Origin: Verrucomicrobiota bacterium
Lineage (GTDB): Bacteria > Verrucomicrobiota > Verrucomicrobiia > Limisphaerales > CANJSG01
Assembly: GCA_038209745.1 (NCBI GenBank)
Contig: JBBQXJ010000096.1
Location: 1 to 15,902 of the forward strand
Length of the DNA stretch: 15,902 nucleotides
Direction of reading: 5' to 3'
Part shown: positions 1 through 8,892 of the stretch, one piece after another
Layout of the letters: the number at the start of each line of letters is the position of its first letter
Numbering within the stretch: the stretch's first letter is position 1
The notes under the pieces: model-generated
What the model saw: the letters and a program-made list of their open reading frames with translations, nothing else
Told to the model about the DNA's origin: nothing
Database searches by the model: none
Made by a program: the position numbers and the translations under genes

Positions 1-1
1 C

Positions 2-1126
2 CCGCTGGAGCTGGGCGAGCGCGCCTTCGAGATCGTGCTCGCGCGGCGCATGGCCGCGGGCGAGGTGCAGACCACCTGGTTTGCCCGGCACGGCTCCACG
101 CCCATCACCGAGCTGCCGCGCCATTGGCCCGCCGCGTATCGGGAGCTGGTCGAGCGCCGCCTCCGCCGCATCGCCGACGACCCGAACATCCGCCTCATCG
201 AGCAGCCCGAATACAAGCGCCGCTGGAACACCGAGCCGTGGGACGAGCAATTCACCCGAGCCGCCCGCGACTGGCTGCTCGCCCGGCTGGAAGGCTACTT
301 CTTCGAAGGCGACCGCGTCTCAAAGCCCGACGCCGAAAGCGCCCGTGCGACCCGCACCTTCGCCCCCGCCACCCGCCCCGCCTGCACCACCACGAACCAA
401 CTGGCCGAAATCGCCAAGACCGACCCCACCTTCCAAGCCGTCGCCGAGCAGCTCCAGGGCGGCCCCGGCTTCTCCGTCCCCAAGCTCGTCCGCGAACTCG
501 TGGAAAGTGCCAGCGTCCCCGCGCTCCCCGCCCAGCGCTACAAACCCAGCGGCCTGCTCAAGCGCCACGATTGGGAACACGTCTGGGACCTCCAGCGCCG
601 CGAAGACGCCATCGACGCCGCCGAAAAGGTGAACGAACCCGGCATCAAGGACTACGAGCGCCTGTCCCGGCAGAAGCAGGCCAACGCGCGCAAGAAGGCC
701 GAGCTTGGCGACATCCCCGTGCCGCCAAAGTATGGCAGCGGCGATTTCAAGAAGTCCGTCTGGTGGTCTCTTCGCGGCAAACTCGACGTGCCGAAGGAGC
801 GCTGGATTTCTTATCCCGGCACCGAGCGCACCGAGGATCCCAGCCCCGTCATCGCGTGGGCCGGATGGGATCACGCGCAACAGGCGCGGGCGCTCGCCGA
901 ATACTACGTGGACGCCAAGCAGACCTTCGCTTTCCCGCCCGAAAAGCTGAAGCTCCTCCTCGCCGGCCTGCTCGAACTGCAACCGTGGCTGAACCAGTGG
1001 CGCCACGAGATCGACCACAACTACGGCACCAGCCCCGCCGAAGCGATCAAGGGCTTCCTCGACGCCGAGTGCCAAACTCTGGGCGTGACGCGGGAGGATC
1101 TGGAGAAGGTGCGTCTGGGCTCGTGA
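2..1126 (+). CDS. pglX: BREX type 2 adenine-specific DNA methyltransferase PglX, C-terminal part (5' end outside the window)
   Basis: The frame is open from base 2 (PLELGERAFEIVLARR...). It has C-terminal motifs typical of BREX-2 PglX: ERAFEIVLAR, WFARHGSTP, IEQPEYKRRW, WDLQRRED, IPVPPKY, LRGKLDVPKERWISYP and WAGWDH. It lies upstream of pglY-pglZ-brxD-brxHI. The catalytic MTase motifs are not in the window. Confidence 0.92.
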   Translation, partial: PLELGERAFEIVLARRMAAGEVQTTWFARHGSTPITELPRHWPAAYRELVERRLRRIADDPNIRLIEQPEYKRRWNTEPWDEQFTRAARDWLLARLEGYFFEGDRVSKPDAESARATRTFAPATRPACTTTNQLAEIAKTDPTFQAVAEQLQGGPGFSVPKLVRELVESASVPALPAQRYKPSGLLKRHDWEHVWDLQRREDAIDAAEKVNEPGIKDYERLSRQKQANARKKAELGDIPVPPKYGSGDFKKSVWWSLRGKLDVPKERWISYPGTERTEDPSPVIAWAGWDHAQQARALAEYYVDAKQTFAFPPEKLKLLLAGLLELQPWLNQWRHEIDHNYGTSPAEAIKGFLDAECQTLGVTREDLEKVRLGS

Positions 1127-1133
1127 TTGCCGG

Positions 1134-1161
1134 TGGACTAAAGTGCGACTTTTTGTAGATT
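1134..1161 (+). promoter_or_regulatory. Putative sigma70-type promoter with a palindromic operator for the Xre-RES TA module (probably leaderless)
   Basis: TGGACT (1134-1139), 16-bp spacer, TAGATT (1156-1161), then ATG at 1168 six nt later with no SD. The inverted repeat AAAGT-gcg-ACTTT (1140-1152) lies in the spacer. This is an AT-rich patch in a GC-rich context. Confidence 0.55.
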
Positions 1162-1167
1162 TCCGCC

Positions 1168-1752
1168 ATGCCAACGACCATTGAACGTCCGAGCCAACGA
1201 CCCAAAACAGTTCGCATCGCCTCCGAACCGAAATCGAAGGCCCCGTTCGGGACGATCGTGAGGACCTACGAACACTCGAAAGCCGGGCAAACCCTTGGGC
1301 AGATCGAAGAGGTTCTCAGCAAGCGGCCCGAGGCGGATGCCCAGGAGATCTGCACCGAGGTCGCGAGACTGCTGAGGGAGCTGGACGCCGCCCAGGCGCC
1401 ACAGATGGTTCTGCCCGAACTGCACGATCCCGCGACCGGTCGGATCGACGCGCAGAAGGTCGCCGACTTCATGGGGGTGCCGCTCAAACAGCTCTCGGAG
1501 GGACTCGGCCTCAACTACAAGGCCGTGCACCGCAACCCGTGCGCCCCGGCCTTCCAAAAAGCGCTGATCCCGGTGAAAAGCTCGCTCGAATACCTCAAGC
1601 AAGCGTTTCCGAAGCCGGAGGTCATCCGGGCCTGGCTGAACACGCCGCACCCGATGCTGGAGGGAAAAACCTCCTTGGAAACCATTCTCGAAGGCAAGTC
1701 GTTCGCGATAGTGCGTCTGCTCGGGAACGCGTGGGAAGGCGTGGTCTCCTGA
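1168..1752 (+). CDS. Xre/MbcA/ParS-family antitoxin (HTH plus C-terminal toxin-binding DUF2384-like domain)
   Basis: HTH-like segment IDAQKVADFMGVPLKQLSEGLGLNYKAVHR. The C-terminus RAWLNTPHPMLEGKTSLETILEG matches the WL..P...L.G..P pattern of MbcA/ParS/Xre. Its stop overlaps the RES start (TGATG at 1750-1754). Confidence 0.88.
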   Translation: MPTTIERPSQRPKTVRIASEPKSKAPFGTIVRTYEHSKAGQTLGQIEEVLSKRPEADAQEICTEVARLLRELDAAQAPQMVLPELHDPATGRIDAQKVADFMGVPLKQLSEGLGLNYKAVHRNPCAPAFQKALIPVKSSLEYLKQAFPKPEVIRAWLNTPHPMLEGKTSLETILEGKSFAIVRLLGNAWEGVVS

Positions 1753-2339
1753 TGCACAAAGAAGCGCGCCTGAAGGCGGCATTGACCAAGGCGAAACGGG
1801 TCGCCGTGCATGGCCCATGGTCACGGGCGGTCGAGTTTCGGCACCTGCACACCCGGAAGCCGGCCCCGTTGTGGGGTGGCGCTTCGAAGATCCACGGGGC
1901 GAGGTTCACGCCCAAGAGCGGCTTCGAAAGCATCTATCTGGCGTGGGATTCGGTCACGGCGTTGGCGGAGGTGCAGTCGCTGGCATTCCTCGCGGGAAGC
2001 CTCTTTCAGCCGCTGGCACCGCCTTGGGTGTTGATGAGCGTCAAAGGGATTGTGAGCGGCGTGCTCGACCTCACCGATCCCGCAACGCTCAATGCCTTGG
2101 GCACGAATGAACAGGAGATCAGTGGCGCTTGGCTGACATCGGCACACCCTCCAACGCAGTTGCTCGCGCAGGTGGCCTACGATTCCGGCATCGTCGTCGG
2201 CATCAAATACCCGTCGGCCCGGAACGTGGGCGGCGGGGTCAATCTGGTGGTCTTTCCGGACCGGTTGCCGCTGGCCGCGACGGACTTTCTGGAGGTCTTC
2301 GATCCGCACGGAAACCTGACCCAGCGGATCGGTGCTTAG
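1752..2339 (+). CDS. RES-domain toxin (NAD+-consuming / ADP-ribosyltransferase fold), 195 aa
   Basis: Start reassigned to ATG 1752, coupled to the antitoxin stop. RES motifs present: GARFTP (R), IYLA..S.TALAEV (E), VLDLTD, GIKYPSAR (S) and NLVVFPD. Confidence 0.9.
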   Translation: MHKEARLKAALTKAKRVAVHGPWSRAVEFRHLHTRKPAPLWGGASKIHGARFTPKSGFESIYLAWDSVTALAEVQSLAFLAGSLFQPLAPPWVLMSVKGIVSGVLDLTDPATLNALGTNEQEISGAWLTSAHPPTQLLAQVAYDSGIVVGIKYPSARNVGGGVNLVVFPDRLPLAATDFLEVFDPHGNLTQRIGA

Positions 2340-2370
2340 CGGGCGAGAAACAGGAACCAACCGACTCCAT

Positions 2371-5300
2371 ATGCCCACTCTGCTGAGAGACCTGATCACG
2401 ATCCCCGAGCACGTCGCCAAGGGCGACTTCGTGCTGAAGCTGACGGAGGGAACCGACCCGGCGAAGGTCAAGGCGACGCTCGACAGCTATGTGGTGACCC
2501 CGCAGCTCGCCGCCTGTTTCGACGCGGCGCTGAAGCTCGTCCAATCGGCGCTGCAAGGCTCCAGCAAGGCGGCCTACCTGCACGGGAGTTTCGGGTCCGG
2601 CAAAAGCCACTTCATGGCGGTGCTGAACTTCCTGCTGGCGGGCAACGCGGACGCGCGCTCGATCAAGGAACTGGGCGACGTGGTGGCGAAGCACAACGAG
2701 TGGCTGGTCGGAAAAAAGTTCTTGATGGTGCCGTTCCACCTGATCGCGGCGAAGGACTTCGAGTCGGCCATTTTCAAGGGCTATACCGACTACGTTCAGA
2801 AGCATTTCCCCGATGCCCCGTATCCGGCGCTCTTCAACTCCGACGCGCTGCTCGCCAACGCCCAACAGCAATGCGCGAACATGGGCGACGAGACGTTTTT
2901 CACGAAGCTCAACGAGGGCAAATCCGGCGCCGGTGGCGGTGGCGGCTGGGGCGAACTTGGCGCGAAGTGGGACGCGGGTTCGTTCAAGCAGGCCTGTCAG
3001 GCGGCTCCGACCGATGAAAAGCGACGTCGGCTCGTCAGCGATCTCGTGGAGACGCACTTCCCGGCGATGCGCTCGACCTCGGAGTTCGTGAGCATCGACG
3101 ACGGGCTCTCGATCATGAGCGCGCACGCGAAGGCGCTGGGCTTCGACGCGCTGATTCTCTTCCTCGACGAACTCATCCTCTGGCTGGCGAGCCACGCGGC
3201 GAATGTGGATTTCGTGAGCCGCGAAGCGCAGAAACTGCCGAAGCTCGTGGAGTCGCAGAACGCGAACCGACCCGCGCCGATCATCAGCTTCGTCGCCCGT
3301 CAGCGCGACCTGCGGGAGCTGGTGGGCCAGCATGTCGCCGGAGCGGAGAAGATGGGCTTCGTGGACGTGCTGAACTACTGGGAGGGTCGATTCGACACGA
3401 TCAAACTCGAAGATCGCAACCTGCCGGTGATCGCCGAGAAGCGCATTCTCAAACCGAGGTCGGAGACGGCGCGTGCCCAGATCGACCAGGCGTTCCAACA
3501 GACAAAACACTTCCGGGATGAAGTGATGAAGGTGTTGCTGACGACGAAGAGCAATCCCGACGATTTTCGGAAGCTGTATCCCTTCAGCCCCGCGCTCGTG
3601 GAAACGCTCGTGGCCGTCTCGTCGCTGCTCCAGCGGGAACGCACGGCCATCAAGGTGATGGTGCAGCTCCTCTCCCGGCAGCGCGACACGCTGGAACTCG
3701 GGGAGATCATCCCGGTCGGCGATCTTTTCGACCTCATTTCCGAGGGCGACGACGCCTTCAGCGCGGGAATGAAGGCCTACTTCGACGAGGCCAAGAAGCT
3801 GTATGAACAGAAGCTCAAGCCGATGCTGGAAGCACGGCACGCGCTGAACTTCGAGGACGCGATGGCGCTTCCAATCACCGATGCCAAGCGCACGGCGCTG
3901 CGCAACGACGACCGGCTCATCAAGACCTTGCTCCTCGCCGCGCTGGCACCGGAAGTGGAGTCGCTCAAGAACATGACGCCGCAGCGTCTTGCGGCGCTGA
4001 ACCACGGCACGATCAAGTCGTTCATCCCGGGCCAGGAAGCGAACGAGGTGCTGCGCAAGTGCAAGGAGTGGGCGGCACACGGCGGGGCGCTCCAGGTGCA
4101 GGAGGGCGCGGGCGGCACCCAGACGATTTCGATCCGGATCACCGGCGTGGATTTGCAGCCGATCCTCGAGAACGCCGAGAACGTCGACAACTACGGCAAC
4201 AAAGTGGCGCGGCTGAAGATGCTGGTCTTCGAGACCCTCGGAATGCCGGAGCATCAGGAGCTTTTCTTTCGTCACGAGTTTCGCTGGCGCGGCACCGACC
4301 GTCAGGCAGAAGTTTGCTTCGGCAACATTCGCGAAATCAGCGACGACCAACTCGAAGCGCGCGGCGAGGAATGGAAGGTCGTGATCGACTATCCGTTCGA
4401 CCGCGACGGCTACAACATCAACTGCGACCTCGAAAAACTGGACACGTTCCGCGCGACCTTCCCCGCGCAGCGCACCATCTGCTGGCTGCCGAGCTTTCTG
4501 AATCACGAGGCGCAGAAGGCCATCGGGACGCTGGTGCGTCTGGAGCACATCCTTTCGGAGAATCGCTTCAAGACGTTCGTGGCGCACCTTTCGGAGCAGG
4601 ATCAGGCGGCGGCAAAACCGTTGCTCCAGAACCAGCGCGACCAGCTCCACAACCAGCTCCGCAACCAGATCGAAGCGCTCTACGGGCTCCGGCCCGCGAT
4701 GCCCCAATACGCGGACACCACCAACCAGCTTGATCAGGCGGATCACTTCCAAGCGCTCTGCGAACTCAAACTGAAACCACCAGTCGCACCCAACCTCCGC
4801 GACGCGCTCAACGGTCTGCTTCATCAGGCACTCGAATTCCAGAATCCCGGACACCCGACCTTCGAGGACGAGACACGCTTCACCAAAGCGAACGTGTCGA
4901 AGGTGCTGGAGATCGTCGAACAGGCGCTCGCGACGACGGAGCCGAGCATCCATGTGAACGATTCGCCGGTGCGCACATTGGCGCGGCTCATCGCGAATCC
5001 GCTGCGGCTTGGCGAAATGCACCAAAACCGCTTTCAACTTGGGCACCATTGGCGGGGACATTTTGCCCAACGCCAGGCCCGCGAGGCGGGCCAGCCGGTG
5101 ACAGTGGCGAAGTTGCGCGCATGGATCGATGAGCCGCAACGCATGGGTCTGCCGCGTTTTGCTCAGGATCTCGTCATCCGTGCCTGGGCCGAGCAGACGA
5201 ATCATTCCTTCGCCATTGGCACTGTGGCCGTGCCGCCGCCCGCGCTCGGTGAACTGCAGGACGACATGACCCTGCGCGAGGTTGCCCTGCCAAGCGGGGA

Positions 5301-6192
5301 CGAGTGGAAACAGGCGGTGGAACGCGTGAAAGCGATCTTCGGATTCGATGACACGTCGCCGCTCGTGAACGCGAACAACGTCTCCGTGCTGTGTTCCAAG
5401 GTCCGCGCGCGCATCGAAGAGTTGTTGCCGAACTCGCAGTTGCTCGAAGCGGAACTCGATAGAACCGGGCCACTGTTTGACCTCGAACCGCGGAGTTTTT
5501 CGCGGGTGCAAACGACCAGCGAGGCGGTCGTGCTGCTCAAGGCGCTCAAGAACACGGCCGGTGAACTGCCCTTTGTGAAGGTATTGGTCACCCATCAGCT
5601 CGCAACCAAGCCCCTCGTCCTGAGCCACAGCATGAAGACTGCGCCTCACGTGACGCGCGCGGTGGAAACCATCCAGTGGGCGTTGTTCAAGGCGCTGCAA
5701 GCGGTGACGGACGCTCGCGCTGCCAGCGCGAAGGCTTTGGTCGCCGAGCTTTCTGACGCCTTTACACGCGATGAGATTGCGGTCGGCTTTCAAGCGAAAT
5801 CGACCGACCTGGTGAACCGGGCGGTGGAATTGCTGGCGGCGACACCCGCGTCTCCGCCACTGCCACTGCCTGGGCCTCCGACTATCGAGCCTCCGGTAGT
5901 CATTCCTCCACAGCCGCCAATCGTTCCGCAGCCGCCTCCCATCACGAAGCGGGTCCGTCGGAGCCAGATCAAGGAAGATGGCATCCCGCCGTGGGTTCCC
6001 GAGGGCCAGCGCAGCCTTGCGTTGGTCGAGGTGAATGTTCCGCGCGCGACTGGCGGCTCCGAGCAAATCGTGGTCACCGGCACGACTGCCAGGCTGATCG
6101 AGATGGCCGGCGACGCCATTTACGAAGCGGGGAAACTTCGCTTTCCGAAATGGGGATGTGAGGTCGGAGTCGAAACCCGCACCGAGGAATAG
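2371..6192 (+). CDS. pglY: BREX type 2 ATPase PglY (BrxC family), 1273 aa
   Basis: Likely start ATG 2371 (MPTLLRDLITIPE...DFVLKL). Walker A YLHGSFGSGKSHFM, Walker B LILFLDELILWLA, plus SFVARQRDLRELVG, YPFSPAL, LQRERTA and RLAALNHG, all typical of PglY. It lies between pglX and pglZ. Confidence 0.93.
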   Translation: MPTLLRDLITIPEHVAKGDFVLKLTEGTDPAKVKATLDSYVVTPQLAACFDAALKLVQSALQGSSKAAYLHGSFGSGKSHFMAVLNFLLAGNADARSIKELGDVVAKHNEWLVGKKFLMVPFHLIAAKDFESAIFKGYTDYVQKHFPDAPYPALFNSDALLANAQQQCANMGDETFFTKLNEGKSGAGGGGGWGELGAKWDAGSFKQACQAAPTDEKRRRLVSDLVETHFPAMRSTSEFVSIDDGLSIMSAHAKALGFDALILFLDELILWLASHAANVDFVSREAQKLPKLVESQNANRPAPIISFVARQRDLRELVGQHVAGAEKMGFVDVLNYWEGRFDTIKLEDRNLPVIAEKRILKPRSETARAQIDQAFQQTKHFRDEVMKVLLTTKSNPDDFRKLYPFSPALVETLVAVSSLLQRERTAIKVMVQLLSRQRDTLELGEIIPVGDLFDLISEGDDAFSAGMKAYFDEAKKLYEQKLKPMLEARHALNFEDAMALPITDAKRTALRNDDRLIKTLLLAALAPEVESLKNMTPQRLAALNHGTIKSFIPGQEANEVLRKCKEWAAHGGALQVQEGAGGTQTISIRITGVDLQPILENAENVDNYGNKVARLKMLVFETLGMPEHQELFFRHEFRWRGTDRQAEVCFGNIREISDDQLEARGEEWKVVIDYPFDRDGYNINCDLEKLDTFRATFPAQRTICWLPSFLNHEAQKAIGTLVRLEHILSENRFKTFVAHLSEQDQAAAKPLLQNQRDQLHNQLRNQIEALYGLRPAMPQYADTTNQLDQADHFQALCELKLKPPVAPNLRDALNGLLHQALEFQNPGHPTFEDETRFTKANVSKVLEIVEQALATTEPSIHVNDSPVRTLARLIANPLRLGEMHQNRFQLGHHWRGHFAQRQAREAGQPVTVAKLRAWIDEPQRMGLPRFAQDLVIRAWAEQTNHSFAIGTVAVPPPALGELQDDMTLREVALPSGDEWKQAVERVKAIFGFDDTSPLVNANNVSVLCSKVRARIEELLPNSQLLEAELDRTGPLFDLEPRSFSRVQTTSEAVVLLKALKNTAGELPFVKVLVTHQLATKPLVLSHSMKTAPHVTRAVETIQWALFKALQAVTDARAASAKALVAELSDAFTRDEIAVGFQAKSTDLVNRAVELLAATPASPPLPLPGPPTIEPPVVIPPQPPIVPQPPPITKRVRRSQIKEDGIPPWVPEGQRSLALVEVNVPRATGGSEQIVVTGTTARLIEMAGDAIYEAGKLRFPKWGCEVGVETRTEE
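5842..5946 (+). repeat. Low-complexity proline-rich linker near the PglY C-terminus
   Basis: Encodes TPASPPLPLPGPPTIEPPVVIPPQPPIVPQPPPIT. Confidence 0.8.
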
Positions 6193-6195
6193 CCC

Positions 6196-8889
6196 GTGAT
6201 TCTGACGGAAGGCCAAATCAAAGCGCAGGTCCGGTCGATTCGGAAAAAAGCGAATCGCTCCGCCGTCGCGTTTGCACTGCGCTCGGATGGGCCTTGGAGC
6301 GGGCCGCCGCGAGTGACGATTGATAACGTGCCGCACCGCGTGGCTTTTTGCCGTTCGGATCTGGAACTGCGCGAGCTCCTGCGTTCCGCCAGCGCTGAAA
6401 ACGAGCCTCTCGTGGCGCTGTGTCCGTTCGACAGCGCCCAACTCGGGGAGGATGTGCTCGCACGTCTGGCCAAGCGCCGGGTGCATCCACCGCAGCAGAT
6501 GGAGATTCTGGGAACTCTCTTTCAGGCGACCTCGGTTGACTCGCGAATCCTCACAAACGTCCCGCTGACGAATGCTCTCGTGGAGCACGCGCCATCGGAC
6601 GGCTACACGCCCGTCGCCGCCGGAGTTCTCGACCTTCAAACGGCGTGGAGCGAACTGCTGAGCCGCGCGCTGGGTGATCGCGAAGTGGCGACGAGTGTTG
6701 CCCGATTGCTGGAGGCAACGCTCGATGCAGGATTCCGCGGCCGGCTCGAAAAGCTGCCGTTTGAGCTGCGGCGGGAATTCTTCGGCTGGGCCGCACTGAA
6801 CGTCGACCGCTCGGGGGTATGGATGGCCTACCTGGTCAACGCCGGCAGAACTTCGGATCTGGTCCCCCTGGGCTTGCTGCTCGGGCTCGCCTTCGATCCG
6901 TCTTTGAACGCGCACGCCGAAACCGCTTCGGCACGGGTTCGTCTGGAGAGCTGGTTCGGGGGGCTCAACATCGACGGAGGAGCCGCTCGAAGTTGGGCCG
7001 CCGCCTCTCGGGCAGTCATTATGAGCCTTCGTCAGAAGGCCGGCTCACGTCCTCTCATTTCGACAATCCTGAGCCGCTTCGATGCGCTGCTCGCAGAATT
7101 CAAAATCTCGGATGCGGCAGTAAAAAGCGATTTCTCGCCGCTTGGGTTCGAGCAGAGGGTGCGTCTCTTCGCCGGCGTTCTTAGCCTGACGACCAAGCCA
7201 GCAGCGGTTCCGAGCCGCGAATCAAATAAGCTCGGAGAGGCCATCGACGCTTTGCAGAACCACCTGCTCGCCGGGGAAAGTCGGCCACGCATCGAGCGAT
7301 GCCAGATGGCGGCCCGCCTCGCCTGCTGGTTGGGAGAAGGCGCGAAGCTGACCGACGGTCCTTCGCTCGACGAAATGGTCGCTGGTTACGCGCGACTCGG
7401 CGGATTCATTGACTGGGCAAAAACCATCGTCCATGAAGGCGATTCCGAGCCCATACTGAACAAGTCCTTTGATTCGCTGCTCGCACGAGCGGACGCCATT
7501 TGTTCGGCATTCGAGGCGAATTTTGCGACGAAGCTCGCAGATTGGACATTGCACGGTTCGGCCCCCAGCGCTTCGTTCGTTCCGATCGAGAACACGCTGG
7601 AGAGCCTGGTAGGCCCGCTCGCGGCACAGGTGCCCGTGCTGCTGCTGGTGATGGATGGAATGAGCGTCGCGGTGTTCCGAGAATTGATCGGCGACATCGT
7701 GCAGCGGGGTAATTGGCTGGAGTGTCAGCCGGCGCAGCCAAAGGCACCGGCCGCTCTGCTCGCGACCGTGCCGTCGATCACGGAGGTTTCGCGGCGGGCT
7801 TTGTTTCGCGGGAAACTTCATCCCGAGTCCACCCCGACCGAGCAAAGTGCCTTCAGCGCGAACGACAAACTGTTCTCGCTGTGCGGCGGGCTGACCCGGC
7901 CCGTGCTCTTCCTGAAGGGCGATCTCCAAACAGCGGGCGAAGCGGGGCTGGCTTCGGATGTGAAAGCTGCGATTGCCAACAAGAAGTGCCGCGTGGTGGC
8001 GACAGTGCTCAACGCCATCGACGATCATCTCAGCGGCTCGGATCAGATCGCCCCGAGGTGGGATCTCGATTTTGTTCGGCCATTGCGTGAACTCCTCCAG
8101 GTCGCCGCCGAGGCGGGCCGCGCCGTCGTTCTCACGAGCGATCATGGACATGTTCTGGAACATCAGACTTCGCTCAAGCCCGGCATGACGAACGGCGGCG
8201 ATCGGTATCGCGCCGACGGCGGAGCGCCATCGGAAACGGAGCTGCGCGTCGCAGGACAGCGGGTTCAGCAAGCGATTGGGCGCACGGAGGTCACCGTGGC
8301 CTGGTCACGCAACATTCGATACTCGAGCAAAAAGCGCGGCTATCACGGGGGCGCCAGTCCACAGGAGATGGTGATTCCTCTCGCAATCCTCATCCACCGA
8401 AACAGCGTGACACCGGAGGGTTGGTCGGAAGCCGCGCCGTCGCCTTTTTGGCCCGACTGGTGGCGTCTTTCGCTCGATCAGCATAGCTTCGCGACCATCA
8501 CGGCCGTCCCCGAAGTGGTCACCAAGCTTACTGCTGGACTGGATCTGTTCACCCACGCCGCAACGAAGGCGCGTGCAGACGACTGGATCGAGAAGCTGCT
8601 CGATGGAGAAATCTACGCTGCGCAGTGCAAACTGGCGGTGCGCGGCGCTCAAGATCGGAAGCGGGTTGCCTTGTTTATCGAATCTCTCAGCTCTCGCGGA
8701 GGAACGATGCCCCGCGAGGCGATGGCCGAACGATTGGGGCTGCCACTGATGCGACTCAACGGCGTCGTTGCGGACATGGCTCGCGTTTTCAATCTGGATG
8801 GCTACGACGTGGTGAACATCGACGCCGCGAGCGGAACGATCGCGCTCAATGTCACTCTCCTAAAGAAGCAGTTTGCCGTCGTCGAATAA
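6196..8889 (+). CDS. pglZ: BREX type 2 PglZ (alkaline phosphatase superfamily phosphodiesterase domain with C-terminal winged helix)
   Basis: PglZ metal-binding motifs LLVMDGMS, TVPSITEVSR, NAIDDHL, VLTSDHGHV and GYHGGASPQEMVIPL. C-terminal wHTH-like segment ...AERLGLPLMRL...FNLDGYDVV. GTG start 3 nt after the pglY stop. Confidence 0.94.
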   Translation: MILTEGQIKAQVRSIRKKANRSAVAFALRSDGPWSGPPRVTIDNVPHRVAFCRSDLELRELLRSASAENEPLVALCPFDSAQLGEDVLARLAKRRVHPPQQMEILGTLFQATSVDSRILTNVPLTNALVEHAPSDGYTPVAAGVLDLQTAWSELLSRALGDREVATSVARLLEATLDAGFRGRLEKLPFELRREFFGWAALNVDRSGVWMAYLVNAGRTSDLVPLGLLLGLAFDPSLNAHAETASARVRLESWFGGLNIDGGAARSWAAASRAVIMSLRQKAGSRPLISTILSRFDALLAEFKISDAAVKSDFSPLGFEQRVRLFAGVLSLTTKPAAVPSRESNKLGEAIDALQNHLLAGESRPRIERCQMAARLACWLGEGAKLTDGPSLDEMVAGYARLGGFIDWAKTIVHEGDSEPILNKSFDSLLARADAICSAFEANFATKLADWTLHGSAPSASFVPIENTLESLVGPLAAQVPVLLLVMDGMSVAVFRELIGDIVQRGNWLECQPAQPKAPAALLATVPSITEVSRRALFRGKLHPESTPTEQSAFSANDKLFSLCGGLTRPVLFLKGDLQTAGEAGLASDVKAAIANKKCRVVATVLNAIDDHLSGSDQIAPRWDLDFVRPLRELLQVAAEAGRAVVLTSDHGHVLEHQTSLKPGMTNGGDRYRADGGAPSETELRVAGQRVQQAIGRTEVTVAWSRNIRYSSKKRGYHGGASPQEMVIPLAILIHRNSVTPEGWSEAAPSPFWPDWWRLSLDQHSFATITAVPEVVTKLTAGLDLFTHAATKARADDWIEKLLDGEIYAAQCKLAVRGAQDRKRVALFIESLSSRGGTMPREAMAERLGLPLMRLNGVVADMARVFNLDGYDVVNIDAASGTIALNVTLLKKQFAVVE

Positions 8890-8892
8890 CGC

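Noticed and set aside
2..1126. Phase-variable homopolymer tract as known for Streptomyces coelicolor pglX
   Set aside because: No long G/C run is present in the visible part of pglX. The 5' portion is outside the window, so it cannot be assessed.
81..1174. Alternative-frame and antisense ORFs over pglX (81-632, 124-1158, 320-1174)
   Set aside because: Pro/Arg/Ser-rich low-complexity translations typical of off-frames in GC-rich DNA. The PglX frame explains the region.
1539..1751. N-terminal 71 aa of the 266-aa ORF called at 1539
   Set aside because: It overlaps the antitoxin in another frame. The TGATG coupling at 1750-1754 gives the more plausible RES start.
2239..6915. 1558-aa antisense ORF overlapping pglY
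   Set aside because: It is a shadow frame. It lies codon-aligned opposite a high-GC3 gene that rarely uses TTA/CTA/TCA, has no recognisable motifs, and is Arg/Gln/His-rich.
7222..8271. 349-aa antisense ORF within pglZ
   Set aside because: Shadow of the PglZ domain, with no motifs or independent expression signals.
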